Assembly: GCF_009914755.1 (NCBI RefSeq)
Contig: NC_060925.1
Length of the DNA stretch: 64,000 nt
Direction: 5' to 3' (one strand)
Source: the human T2T-CHM13v2.0 reference genome, Homo sapiens
Shown here: piece by piece, positions 47,994-64,000 of the stretch
How the letters are laid out: every line of letters begins with the position of its first letter
Numbering within the stretch: the stretch's first letter is position 1
Position numbers and translations under genes: made by a program
Notes under the pieces: generated by a model
Told to the model about the DNA's origin: nothing
Database searches by the model: none
What the model saw: the letters and a program-made list of their open reading frames with translations, nothing else

Positions 47994-50900
47994 TATATCC
48001 ACTATCATGATTGCAGATGTATATTCTATTCAACCATTTAAAATGATACACTTTAATTATGCATAGTTTCTTTCATGTAAGTTATATCTCAATACCCAAT
48101 ATAATTCTCTATATTATCAGGACAAAAGAGAAAAATCATATGATTACCTTGACATACACAGAAAAAGTATTTGGTAAAATTGAGAACTTTTTCATGATTA
48201 AAAAATACAAACCCCTTAAAACTCTCAGCATAATAAGAACAGAAGGCAACACTTCCAACCCCACTAAGGGCAAATTCGAAAAAGCTACAGGTGACATTAT
48301 ATTGAATGGCATATGGTCAAATGCTTTTCTATTAAATCAGAGAAAAAAGGTAGAATATCTTCTGTTACTCTTTCAATCCAGCATTATACTAGAGATCTTA
48401 ACCAAATCAATAAAGTAAAAAAAAATTAATAAAATAAAGGCATTGAAAAGACTGAAATGAAAGAATTGAAGCTGTCTTTATTCGCAGATAATGATTGTGT
48501 ATGTAAACAATCCTAGAAATCTACAAAAATCTACAAAAACTAAGCTATTTTGTCAAGGTATTGCCAAACATAAGTTCAATATAAATATAGTATGTTGTAT
48601 TTCTGTATATCAGCAATGGGCATTCGGAAAATGAAATAAAAATACAATTTCATTTAAAGTAACTTCTAAATACATGATGTGCTTAGAAATAAAGTCAACA
48701 AAATTTATGTAAGGCTGGTACTCTAAAAACTACCAAACATTGCTTTGAGAAATTATAAAAGAACTAAATTAGTGGGGAGATAAACCTTGTCAGGAATCGA
48801 AAGACTTGTTATAGTTTAAAAGTCAGTTTTTCCCAAACTGATCTCCAGATCAATGTAATTCTAATAAAAATTCCAACAGGCATTTTGGTAGAAATTTACA
48901 AGCTGACTACCATTTGTATGGAAATGTCAATGATCAAGAATAATAAAAGAGCAATATTATAAAAACACAATGGTGAATGAATTCACTACGTATTTCCAGA
49001 ATTACTATACAGCTATGGAAATCAAGATCATGTGTATTGTTAAAAAAAAATAGAACATACATCAATGGAAGAGAAGAGAGAATCCAGAAATAGATCCTTA
49101 CATATGTCTAATAAATTATTCTTAGACATGAATTTATATGTGTACATGTAAAATCACCTTTTTGAAGATTATTTATCTTTATGTCCAAAATATGGAACAT
49201 TAATAGAACATAAAAAGAAGCCACAATATAGGAGATATCATATTTACCACCAACAAAGGATTTTTTGGGGTATATATATATATATATAAAAAATGCAGTT
49301 TGATAAGATAAACAGCACTATAAAACAGTTTCTCAAAAGACTTGAATAAATACTTCAGAAAAGAAGATACATGAATGGTCAATTAGCACATGAAAAGATA
49401 CTCAACTCTTTAGTCATCAGAAAGATCAATCAATACAATGATGAGATACCATTATGTATCCATGAGAATGGCTAAAATTCAAAACATTTAAAATACTACA
49501 TATCGGTCAGGTCCTTTCAAAATCTGGCTAACAGTTTCTTATAAGGTTAAACATATACAAATCAGTTGGACAGTCATTCCATTCCTAGGAATTTACACAC
49601 TATGTCTGCACTATATTCTGTATGTGGATGCTCATTATACTTTATTAATAATAGCTCAAACATGGGATGACACAAATGTCCAATAACAAGTGAATGTATA
49701 AACAAACATGGTGTAGCCACACAAAAGAATACTACTCAGCAATTACAAGGAATTATTTATTGATGCAGATACTCATTTGGATAAATTTTAAAATTAAGAT
49801 GATGCATGAAAGAAGGCAGACACAAAAGAACACAGGTATAATTTCATTTATAGAAAATGGTTAAAAACGCAAACTTACCTAAAGTGACAGTGGCTCCTTG
49901 GGGCTGAGAGTTGAAAGACTGATGAACTTCAAAGGGGTACAAGAAACTTTGGGGCATAGGGAAATTCCTAAATATTGATTGTGGCAGTATTTCCATTGGT
50001 GTATACATTTGTAAACATGCATTGAATTACACATTTTAAAGTGGTGCAGACTGTTGTACCTAAATTATACCTTTATAAAGTGGACTTCATAATCTTATTT
50101 TTTCCTTACTAGCTATTAGCAGCTAGAAAATGAAATTCAATAAAACACAATAGAAATTAGTATCCAAAATCATTACATTCTTAAGAATACATACATTGAA
50201 GCAGATACAAAGCCTCTAAAGGGTATTGGTGAGAGAAATCAAAGAAGGCTAAAATATATATATATATATTATGTTCATGGATTGGAAGACTCCATTTTGT
50301 TAGGATATTACATCAACATAATTCTGATTAATAACTTTAATAGTAGTTTTTAGAGAAATTTAAAAGCTAATTTCAAAATGTATTTAAAAATCAAAGAATC
50401 TAGAACAGGCAAGCCAGTCTTAAAGCGGCAATAAATTGGAGGACTTACTCTGCTATATTTTAAAACTCATTTTAAAGCTACAATGACTTAAAAATTATAC
50501 TACTGGTGTAAGTATACATAAATATATCAAAGTAAAAGAATGCAGTTTCAAACAATATGCCCACATATGTACAGTTATTTAAATTTTTTAAAAACAAGTA
50601 CGCTAATGCCCTTAATTGAGGAAATGAAAGACTTTTCAATAAAAAAGTTCTTGAGTAAAATAATATTTGTTGTTTTAAAAATTTAATATTAACAACCACT
50701 TTCCACAATACATTAAATTTAACTTAAGATGTGAAAGTTAAAATTAGAAGTCTTGTAAAAGAAAAATAGAAAATATTTTCATGAACTTGACATAGGAAAA
50801 TATTTCTTATACCAGATACTGTAGCACTCATCACAGTGAGAAATAAATTAAATTGTACTTTATTTTTAAAAAGCTTCTGCTTATTACAGGTTATTGTTTA

Positions 50901-51452
50901 ACAAGTTAAAAGCTATCTGTAAACCAGGACTAATTATTTGCAACATATGTATATGTATATGTATATGTATGTGTATATACACATATATGGACTCATTCAT
51001 TTGAAATGGACTCATTCAAAATATATAAAGAACTATAGATCACAAAGAAAATGACAAACAACCCAGTATATCAATGAGCAGAAAAATTTGAAAAGACCCT
51101 TTACATAAAAATATATCTAAATGACCAATAGGCATGTGAAAACCAAAATAGGATATCACTACACATCTGGTAGATTGGCCAAAATTAAAAAGACTGAAAA
51201 TATTAAGTGGGTTAGAATGTACAGCAACAGGAAATGGCTTATATTTTTCATAGAAATGTAAAATAATACAACTACTTCCCAAAACTTTGTGTCAGTTTTT
51301 AACCTTTCACCAAACAATTCCATCCCTAGCTATACATACTCAGGAGAAATGTGTATGTGTCTTCACAGAAAGAATTGTACGAGAATATTCATAGTTACTT
51401 AAGCATAATAGTCAACAAGTAAACCTGTCTACCATTAGAAAAATGATATCAA

Positions 51453-51896
<444 letters not shown>

Positions 51897-51972
51897 TCAA
51901 AACAAGAGAACATATTAAATGATTCCATTTTTATCAAGCACAAGAATAAAAAAAAAATTCATCTATGGTGGC

Positions 51973-52405
51973 TATTATAGTTTAGATATTGGTCCCCTCC
52001 AAATCTCATGTTAAAATTTGATCCCCAGTGTTGGAGGTGGGGCTTAATGGGAGGTGTTTGGGTCATGGGAGTGGATCCATCATGAATAGATTACTCCCCT
52101 TCCTGGGAGAAGGTAGTGAGTGAACTCTCATTCTCTTAGTTCTTGCAAGAGCTGGTTATTAAAAAAGAGCCTTGCACCTTTCCTCTCTCTCTTTTTCTTC
52201 CTCTCTCACCATATAATCTCTGCACACACTGGTTCCCTTTCACCTTCTGCCATGAGTGGAAGCAGTCTTACGCCCTCATTAAGAGAAGATGTTGGTGTCA
52301 TGCTTTTTGTGCAGCCTGCAGAACTATGGGTGAAATGCACCTCTTTTCTTTATAAATTATGCAGCCTCTGGTATTCCTCTCCAGCAACACAAAGGGACAA
52401 AGACA
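51973..52405 (+). mobile_element. MSTB-like solo LTR
   Basis: gtcccctccaaatctcatgttaaaatttgatccccagtgttggaggtgggg...aagaca; TSD gtggc/gtgac. Confidence 0.82.
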
Positions 52406-53689
52406 GTGACAAAATTCAGATTGTATTCTTCATTTGGGGGATGAGTATTGACTGACAAAAGCACATCAGAACTTTTTGACATGGGGGAAAATGTTCTCTA
52501 TCTTGATCTGGGTGTTATTATACAATGCATAATTACATTAAAATTTATTAAGTGTGCCCTTATGTTTTTTGAATTTTACTCTATGCAAATTACACCTCAG
52601 TGAAGAACTGTTAATATAAAGCAAAGGGAGAGATGACAAACACTCAAAAAAAGTGAAAAGTGACAGAAGATAGGTAACAAATATTCAGCATATAAATAAT
52701 AGGGATCCATTGAGAAGAAACCAAAATCAATGGAACAGAACAAACAAAAAATGTATAATTTTAAAAAAGGTTTGAAATTTAAAAGTTTAAAATAATATTA
52801 AAATGACACACTGTTTCCTTGGGAAAATCAATGTAGAACCACAAATTCTGAGACCAATTCCTGTAAAAGTACTGTCATTCAGTTTGATCTAATGGTACAA
52901 GGTTAGCTTTGAAGGCCAAAAGGAACTGGCTTCTAATTCTTATTCCTCTTCTTACTAGATTTGTGACCTAGAGAAATTTTCTAATCTGTCTGAGTTTATT
53001 TTCTCATCAGGAACCAGATAATATCTAAGTAACTAGATAGTTTATAGAATTAAATATGATCACATTGCAGTGGACATGAACCCTAATTAAGTGTTAAGAA
53101 TATAGTTACACTGAGCTTTCCTTTATCTACTTTAAAATTTGTAGTCAAACAACAATTGACAAAGAATAGACAAAATGTTCTAACATATTCTTCCGTTGTT
53201 TCTAGAAAGAAGTCACACATGCAGTATAAATAATTAGAGAGGATCTAGTTCGTATTAAATAACCTTCCCCAAACCCTGAAGCAGGTCTACTTTCTAACAC
53301 CAGAGGTGAAAGTCTTGACTGGGTCCAACCCCTGTGGTCTCTTCTGTCTGGAATGAACTGAGAAAGTCCACTGCAGTCTTAGAGTAGCACGGGCTGCCAA
53401 GCATTCTCAGAGTGGCTCTTGACTTCAACTCTAATGGCCCTGAGCTATAGATGCAACTGGGTTGGGTTAAATTCAAGCTGAAATATATGACCAGAGCTCT
53501 CGCCAGCATCAAAATTAGTGGAAGGATACCAGTCCTCAGAGCTCTGTTACAGGCCATGGGATGCTCCATGGAGGGGCAGTGGGCATATGAATACCGATCA
53601 GGAAAAATATTGTAATGAACGGGAGGCATAAATAAACAATGTCCATCCTCCACTAAAACCCGGGAAAGTTCTCATTCCAAAAGTGATGT

Positions 53690-54810
53690 CTTGAAGAAAA
53701 CATAGGTATAAATCTTTGTGACTCTGGATTAGACATTTGTTAAATAGGGACAAGCAACCTGAAAATAGATAAATAAATGGATTTTATTAAAATAAAAAAA
53801 CTTTCATGCTTCAAAGGACTCTGTCATTTAAGTGAAAAGATGATTCACATAATGGGGAACTATTTGCTAGTCATATATCTGACAAGGGTCTAGTATCTAG
53901 AGTATATAAATAATTCATAAAACAGCAATAAAAGACAACCAAATTTAACAATGAGAAAAAAGGATTCAATCGACATTTCTCTAAAGGGTACATATGAAGG
54001 GCCCACAAGCTCCTGCAAATATGTTCAATTTTTTCATCATTAGGAAAATGTAAATTTAAACCAAAGTGAGATACCACTTCACACCCACTAGTGTTACTTA
54101 AAAAAAAAAAAGACAACATGTGTTTGAAAAGTTATGGAGAAAATGGAATTCTCATGTATTACTAGTGGAAATGTAAAATGGTATAGCCACTGAGGTTGGA
54201 AAAGAGTCTGTCAGTTCCTCGAATACTTAAACAAGTGACTTATGATGCAGCAATTGCACTCATAGTTATATAACCAAACAAATTACAAACAGATGTTCAC
54301 TCAAAAACATGTACAAAAAATTTACAGCAGCATTATTCATAATAGTTAAAAAGTGGAAACATCCCAACTGATCATCAGTTGATGGACAGATAAACAAAAT
54401 GTGGTATAACTGTATAATGGAATATTATTTGGCCATAGAAAGGATTGAAGTACTGATGTAAGCTATAACAAAAATGAACCTTGAGAATATTGTGCTAAGT
54501 AAAAGATGCATGTGCAAAAGGCCACGTTGTATTATTCCATATATAGGAAATGTCCATAACAAGTATATCCATAGGGAGATAAAGTAGATTAGTGGTTGTC
54601 AGGGACTGCACAACAGGGAGAATTTGAGAGTGACTGGCAGTAAGTACAGGCATGCTTTTTGGCATTATGAAAATATTCTAAAATTAGATGGTGGTGATGG
54701 TTGCAAAACCTTTGGAATATAGTAAAAGACACTGAATGGTATGCTTAAAAATGGTGAATTTTGTGATTTATGAATTATACTTTACAAATAATAATAACAA
54801 CAATAATAAA
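53690..54810 (+). mobile_element. L1MB 3' end
   Basis: ORF2 end plus 3'UTR (agtagattagtggttgtcaggg, ggtgatggttgcaaaac, gaattatac) and A-rich tail. Confidence 0.8.
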
Positions 54811-54873
54811 GCAAGGTGTCTTTCCACACCTCCATGCCCTGTATTTTCATGAAAAAAAAAAAAAATCATCTCA

Positions 54874-55162
54874 GGGCCAGGCTCAGTGGCTTACTCTTGT
54901 AGTCCCAGCACTTTTGGAGGCCTAGGTGAAAGGATCACTTGAGGCCAGGAGTTCTAGACCACTCTGAGCAACATAGCAAGATTTCCTCTCTATAAAAAAT
55001 AAAAAAAAAAAAATTAGCCAGGAATGGTGATGTGTGCCTACAGTTCCAGCTCCTTGGAAAGCTGACGCAAGATGATCACTTGATCCTAGGAGTCTGAGGT
55101 TGCAGTTGGCTATAATCAGCACTGCACTCCAGCCTGGGTGACAGAACGAGAGCCTATCTCAA
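54874..55162 (+). mobile_element. AluJ
   Basis: ggatcacttgaggccaggagttc; diverged dimer with short tail. Confidence 0.85.
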
Positions 55163-57183
55163 GCATCTTGCATTAAAAGTAAGTGACCAGAATATGATGC
55201 TGACAGCATGCTGTGATGGAATGAAACAAATTAAATTCAAAAAGGTGTTGTTGTTCTTACTGTTGTTTGTAGAAATAAGGTATAGGGAAGAGAAACACAT
55301 ACTTGGAAAGAACTGACATGACTGAATTGGAAAATGTGGGAAGGGGATGGGGAAGAGGCTGCTCCACTTGAGATCTGGCTCCAGGGCTTACAGCAAAGGG
55401 AACTTGGGCAAGTTACAGACTCTCTGTGCCTTGGTTTTTTCATCAGCAAAACAGAAATAATCATCCTGTAAACTGTAAGGTCAATGGTATCAGTGGGTCC
55501 CCAAACTGACTGCACATCCGAATAATGTTAACAAACACATTCCAGGCCCATCTGAGACCATAGAATCAAAATTTGTGCCAGGAGGAGAATGAACTTGTAT
55601 TTGCACCAACTTTCCCAGCTGTTTCTTACTCTGATCAACTTGGGGGTAGGACCCATTGAGCTGCATCACATCATTCCAAAGCCAAAACACAACAGCAGAA
55701 CAAGAATATTTTCAATGCAGTCTCTAAAGCAGAGGAGAAACTGTTAGGGGAACCTAGAAGTAAAGGAGATCTGGCTTGCTGAGCTCCACTTAAACTTTAT
55801 CCTGAGTACAGCAGAGACAGGAGCCCTTTGGGACACATGCCCGAGGCAGTGACAGTCCAGCTTTGGAAGAGTGGAAGCCCTAGTTTCAAATTCAAGCATG
55901 CTTTGAGTAGAAATTAAGTTTACCTCTTTTTGCACAGCAACATGGCCAATCTTTCCTAAGCTGCTCAGCTTACAAGAAAAGGAATCATATGGCTAAGAAT
56001 TCAAATTTCAGCAGACATGGGAAAGTAAGGAAGTCTTATAAATCTATTCTAGCTATCTAACAAAAGATCAGAAATTTAGCAATTTCTTTCACATTCAGGA
56101 CAGTTGTCCAGAGGCATTGAGACATGAAGGAAAGATCTTCTAAAAAGGGAAAGCATTCCTTCATGTCCTAGGACATCTCTGCCAACTTTGGGGAAGTAAG
56201 AACACAGCTGTCCACTCTACAGTATGGGTTGCTTTTGCAACTAAAATGTGTCCGACATCCTGAGACCTGTACCCATTTCAGGGAGCCTTGGGAGGAGCCC
56301 AAATCACTGAGTGAATTGGACAGTGCATGGAGATGGTTCAGCACTGCACGGCTAAGTGCAGGAGCAAGGCCAGGTCATTCTGAGAGACAATGGGTGGCGC
56401 CTGATGGGGATAAACAAAGATAAAATCAGAAGTTTGTGTTTCATTTTCAAAAACTCAAACCAATAACTAATTTGTTCTTTATAAGTAATAACAGTTATTT
56501 TTCTTTTTACATGAGAATTTAATCTCAAAATGGAAATCTGAAAAATACTAAGTCCAGTGCATAAAACCTGAACAATAACTTATATTTATTCTTTCTAAAT
56601 AGATCTAATAGTAAAATCCCCTTCATAAAACATATATTGTGGTTATAAAAAGGCAAAAATCTTAGTGAGACTCATAGGTATTCAATAGAAGAGTAAATTA
56701 AACACAGTCAAGGGAAGACCCAAGTCTCACACTTCAGACACTTCTGAATTTTGGTCCCAATACTCTAGGAGGGCACACCTCTGTTTGGAAAATGATGCAT
56801 AATAAATATTCTTCCCTTGACTCATTCTGTTCATTCTTTCAGAATCACAGAAACAAAAAAAAAAAATGGAAATCTGGTCAAATAAATAATTTGTTATCCC
56901 TCTTCTTCAGGTGTCTTATCTGTTTTTTATAAATAACAACATTACTTTAAGGATTATGGTGAAAATACAATGTCTATATATGTGCACAGTTTTGAGCAAA
57001 ATGCCTGGTACAAATTGGTCAATGAATAATTACTGAATAATTATATAAATATTTACTGAATTATATGGATTCTATGAATAACTACTGAATAATTATTGTG
57101 ATTGCTTTTATTGGCAGTGCTCACAACTCATCCCTGTGTGACCTCAAGTCAGTCATGTAACTTTGTGACCTCCAGTTTCACCA

Positions 57184-57482
<299 letters not shown>

Positions 57483-58594
57483 TTCACCATTTTTAAAATA
57501 AAGAAATTTTACAATTTTTTTCTTGCCATATAATGTCAGGTCTCACAGACACCAGAAAATAAATTTATTTACATTGATACATTTCAAAGCAATGTCCTTA
57601 CACAGTGTAGTTGGAGGATGGTGGGGGCTGCTGAGAGGCATGCTTTCAAATGAGATTGACCCAGTCCTCCATCCTTCACTTCCACATGAATGCTGAGTAG
57701 CCCAGGGTCATGCTCATTGCACCCTCAAATCACACAAGTCCAGCAGCCAAACCTAGGAGACCTGGGCTGTGGGACTATCTCCCCAGTCCCAGGCTCACAA
57801 AACCTAGGTGGGGATAAAAGCTGAGAAAGTGAGGAGGTGGCTTGGGATCACTCTCCCCTACTCATCCCTCTCATCTAAAACTCACCTTCTACTGCACAGA
57901 AACACTGAGGATCACAAACCACCCCTGACCGTGTCTTGCCCCCTTGATCTTGCCATGTTCTGTTAGTGGAATGCAACCACACTTCAATGGTGTTAGACAA
58001 ACTCAGAAAATATATATATGTCAGTGTTCCATAAGAACTGCTCACGGCCCTGTTCTTTTTATTATATGGGAAAACTGAATGAAAGCAACAAAATAGTATC
58101 AGGTTTACAAAACTTCCCAAGATAGATGGTCACACGTGATATATGTATAAATTATTTGGATTACTTGATATCTTGAAAAGAGCTCTTGTGGGACTAGAAT
58201 GACATCGATAAGTGACAAGTATAAAAGGTAGTGCTCACTGACATTAGAAAACAAATCAACCCACACATAGAAGAAAAGCTTTGAAGATAGTGGTGTCAAA
58301 CTTGTCTTAAGTGCAATGAAAAGTCAAAATTCTCATCCAGTAAGAGAAAAGAAATCAACCTAACAATGAGATGCAGCAAGAAGAATACTGAGATGGGAAA
58401 GAAAACATTTTTAAAAAATGAATTATTCATTCACTTTTTAGTGGATAAAGAAAAAGCTGCAGACGACGCTGAGAATATCATGGCGGTCTAACAGTTTGAT
58501 ATCTTTCACTTGTGGAAAAGCCTTCAGCTCTGTTTTAACTGAAAGAGAAAGTGTGGTGACTTCATGACTACCATTAAGAAAATATAACCTGTTG

Positions 58595-61627
<3,033 letters not shown>

Positions 61628-62159
61628 AAGAAAATATAACCTGTTGGGAAACTGTTTCTGCCTTGTACACACAAGAAGCGAACAATGAGGATATGCTTAG
61701 TTGTATTGGGAAAGAGATGGGTCTGTGGCATTGTCACAAAAGTACACAAATACTGAGAATGACTGCTGAACGAATGGTCCCCCTCAATGGTGACCCTCAG
61801 GTAAGACCAGGAGGTGTTGTATTTCAGCAAACCCTGGGCAATTGTAATGCAGGGTTCCTAAGATTCCATGACACTCCCACCTTCTAATTTTGTTATTGCA
61901 ACTGCAGGCCATTACCTGGCACGCTGGCCACTAGCTGCCTCACTCTTATCAGAGCCTGAGCTACAGGCAGTGACTTTGGCTCAGATATCTGGCATCTCAA
62001 ACTCTGTTTTTGTGGTTAAGGACTCTAAAGTGCTGTGGGGAGTGATCAAGTTTTTCTCAGCGGTAACAATTCCAGTTACTGTCATCCCTCAGTCCTGATT
62101 AAACCTATTTGATTTCACTAGTCTTCAACACATTATGTGTTTGGGTTTCTTCTCCTTAG

Positions 62160-62372
62160 TCCCTGGCTCAACCTCTTCTGGCATAAATGTCAGCATGGCT
62201 GTATCTGCCAGCCTTTTGTTGAGTGAGAGGGCAGAGATGAACATCCTAGAAATCAACCAAGAATTGCGCTCGCAGCTGGCATAGAGCAAACAGCAGTTCT
62301 GAGACCTCAAAGAGAAATTTCTTATAACTCAAACTATTGCCTACTCCCTGGCCAACCAGCTGAAGAAGTACA
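62160..62372 (+). pseudogene. NBPF13P: NBPF-family first coding exon (coiled-coil N-terminus, NBPF4/6-type) with two in-frame stops; NBPF13P by position
   Basis: Acceptor ccttag|T at 62159/62160; ATG 62195; [57 protein letters not shown]; TAG 62282, TGA 62300; donor CA|gtaaat. Symbol is inferred from synteny. Confidence 0.85.
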
Positions 62373-62930
62373 GTAAATTCTATAGGCTCACTATACCAAA
62401 AATGATGAATGATCGCCCATCTTCTCCCTGAGAGATGAAATGCTCTCTTAATCAAAATTAATTTTATCCTTTCCATGCTTCTAGGAAAACAGAAGAGGAT
62501 ATTTTAACCTCATTTTTTAAAAGATGGAAAACAGAGGCACAAAGTATTCAGCAACTTTTCCATGTTTGCAATTTGGTGTGGGGTGGGACTAGAGTTAAAA
62601 TACCAGTTATTGATTTCTGACATAGGAACAGAACCACCTGTTTTTCTCAGCAAGAGGCTAAATCATGTTTACAAGAATTCTCTCTGTACCATATAAGATC
62701 CTGCAGACAAGTAGCATCTAATCTGTGGCTCTACATATCTGGGACTAATGAATTTCCATTCAGTTCAGGCTGTTGAGGCCTGATAGGCAAAGTTCCATGC
62801 TGAGGACCCTGGTGGAAACGTGGTGATAGCACACAGTACCAACTCCAAGGAGCTTAAAGAGGAGTCTGCACCTAATAGAAATTGTGGTATCCATAAGTGA
62901 CAGCATCAAGAGCAGGGAATACCCTGGTGA

Positions 62931-63356
<426 letters not shown>

Positions 63357-63699
63357 TAGTTTCCTGGGCTCCATCCAAGTTGCTCATCTTCTCTGTGCCT
63401 TAGTTTCCTCATCTGTTCATGGGTATTATAATAATACCTACCTTGGTAAATTGCTACAATGAATTATACAACCTATTGCTTGTAAACCTCCTGGAACAGT
63501 TGTTGGCACAGAGTAAACACTATTAGTTCTTCATTCTACGGTTTCTAACTTAACAGGAACTTGATTAGTATTTGGGCATATTTCCTTCATGACCTTATGG
63601 TCTTATGCCTCATATTTTATGCAATTATATCCAGATATGATTTTTAAAATCTTGCACATATTGGTGCTTAAAATTCCCAGTTAAAAAAGAAATCAGTCC

Positions 63700-64000
63700 T
63701 GTGAACACACAAAATCTGTGACAGGTCTCAGTTAATTTAGAAAGTTTATTTTGCCAAGGTTGAGGACGCACGTGGGACACAGCCTCAGGAAGTCCTGACG
63801 ACATGTGCCCAAGGTGGTCATGAGACATCAATTAATATATGTAAAAAGTGCATTTGTTCAGTCTGGAAAGGCGGGACAACTTGAAGCAAAGGCAGGAAGA
63901 TCCAAATTATATGATTTCTGAGTACTCTAAGTGTAAGCAGAAATTAACACCAGCTGGTTGTTAAATGCTTATTTTAGTCGTTTAAAAGGAATTTGCAAGA
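63700..64000 (-). mobile_element. MER4-family (ERV1) LTR fragment and adjacent ERV-like sequence
   Basis: tgtgaac...gacaggtctcagttaatttagaaagtttattttgccaaggttgaggacgc...gtcctgacgacatgtgcccaaggtggtc. Confidence 0.75.

Noticed and set aside
53294-53653. 119-aa - strand ORF in apparently non-repeat sequence
   Set aside because: GTG start, no recognisable homology or splice structure
57020-57097. Repeated tgaataattactgaata motifs resembling an array
   Set aside because: Low-complexity AT-rich local duplication with no regular repeat-spacer structure; CRISPR not applicable

Overview
Human (primate) genomic DNA. Gene content and order match distal 1q21.1, read as the reverse complement of the reference. 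From left to right: (1) the 3' end of an upstream + strand gene, almost certainly FMO5 by synteny, plus a candidate L1MC-derived alternative last exon at 1780-~2190. (2) The processed pseudogene PDIA3P1 (- strand, 6445-8370). It has a poly(A) tail, a target-site duplication (TSD) and a 452-codon ORF whose only visible disabling lesion is a late 1-bp frameshift. (3) A CpG-island promoter and the complete 8-exon PRKAB2 gene (AMPK beta-2, 272 aa, + strand, ~13830-31300) with a ~4.45 kb 3'UTR. (4) A ~22 kb zone dense in L1, LTR and Alu elements, including a truncated HERV-L provirus and a twin-primed, rearranged L1. (5) The start of an NBPF pseudogene (NBPF13P-like), with a young 3 kb L1PA insertion bounded by a perfect 19-bp TSD. 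There are no prokaryotic systems, CRISPR arrays or rRNA/tRNA genes. Most short ORFs in the track are Alu/L1 or GC-rich artefacts. I found no wholly new system. The best leads are the near-intact ERp57 retrocopy and its possible promoters, and the L1-derived FMO5 terminal exon. Repeat subfamily names are from recognition of consensus sequences, not from a RepeatMasker run.
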